From: Phaeosaccion multiseriatum
Lineage: Eukaryota; Protista; Ochrophyta, other classes
NCBI GenBank assembly: GCA_965112735.1
Contig: OZ218965.1
Coordinates: 558,001-622,000, forward strand
Length of the DNA: 64,000 nucleotides
Direction: 5' to 3'
The translations under genes were made by a program, and so were the position numbers. Positions 63,661 through 64,000 of the stretch are shown piece after piece. Below the pieces are notes generated by a model. It was given only the letters and a program-made list of their open reading frames with translations. It did not search any database and was not told the origin of the DNA. Every line of letters begins with the position of its first letter. Within the stretch, counting starts at the first letter, position 1.

Positions 63661-64000
63661 TAGGTTGGCACTCGCGAAAGAACTCTGAACTCTCCATTAT
63701 AGAATGTACATGACGTACGCTATTTTGCGGTCCCAGCACACACGATGGGCACTCAGCAGGGCTGGGCATCAGCCCGTCACTCCCTCAGTCCCCCCTACTG
63801 TAGGTAGGTACAAACGGTCCGAAGAGCTGGGTCAGGTTCCAGGAGTTCCAGGTTCTGGGCTGGCCTGTCTCAGAACCGAGAAAGGGCTGAAGCAGATGGA
63901 GAGTGAGTGGTGTGAAGAAGCTGCTCAAGAGTTGCCTGTCTCCTTTGGAATCGACCGAGCGGCAGGGTGAGGCCCGCTCCAGTAAGAAAAGCTGAGGGCC

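Noticed and set aside
63704-64000. Possible retroelement fragment ('KGLKQ')
   Set aside because: Only one short motif, with no other RT signatures before the window ends.
1-64000. tRNA or rRNA genes
   Set aside because: None recognised by eye; tRNAscan-SE or Infernal would be needed to exclude them.

Overview
GC-rich, compact, intron-containing eukaryotic DNA, most likely from a photosynthetic stramenopile (ochrophyte): two genes have signal peptide + 'ASAF'-type bipartite plastid leaders, and introns are short GT-AG. From 1 to about 52 kb, 14 genes alternate strand strictly: PIG-T (3' end), a CEP295/Ana1-like centriolar protein, a MINDY deubiquitinase, PPIP5K/VIP1, atlastin, a plastid HAD hydrolase, SMC5, a putative COX4-like subunit, a SAP-domain INCENP-like protein, an unknown protein, a plastid ABC1K kinase, a ~9.3-kb secreted JmjC/Cys-rich gene, organellar TyrRS and ABHD17. 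The accessory part (~34-64 kb) holds the most unusual material. (i) One spliced gene joins a signal peptide and an intact JmjC (cupin-4) oxygenase to a long Cys-rich region with about 12 'xCD' motifs, with an in-frame TGA or 27-nt micro-intron at the junction. (ii) A 2.6-kb (CCCT)n array is bracketed by inverted repeats. (iii) A ~155-nt G.U-rich hairpin lies next to a reverse-transcriptase fragment that the ORF track missed. (iv) A second secreted Cys-rich mucin has grown by 6x exon+intron tandem duplication. (v) A decayed, intron-containing P-element/THAP9-like DDE transposase carries a long insert and a C-terminal PHD finger. All gene models were spliced by eye. Family assignments rest on motif recognition, not database searches.
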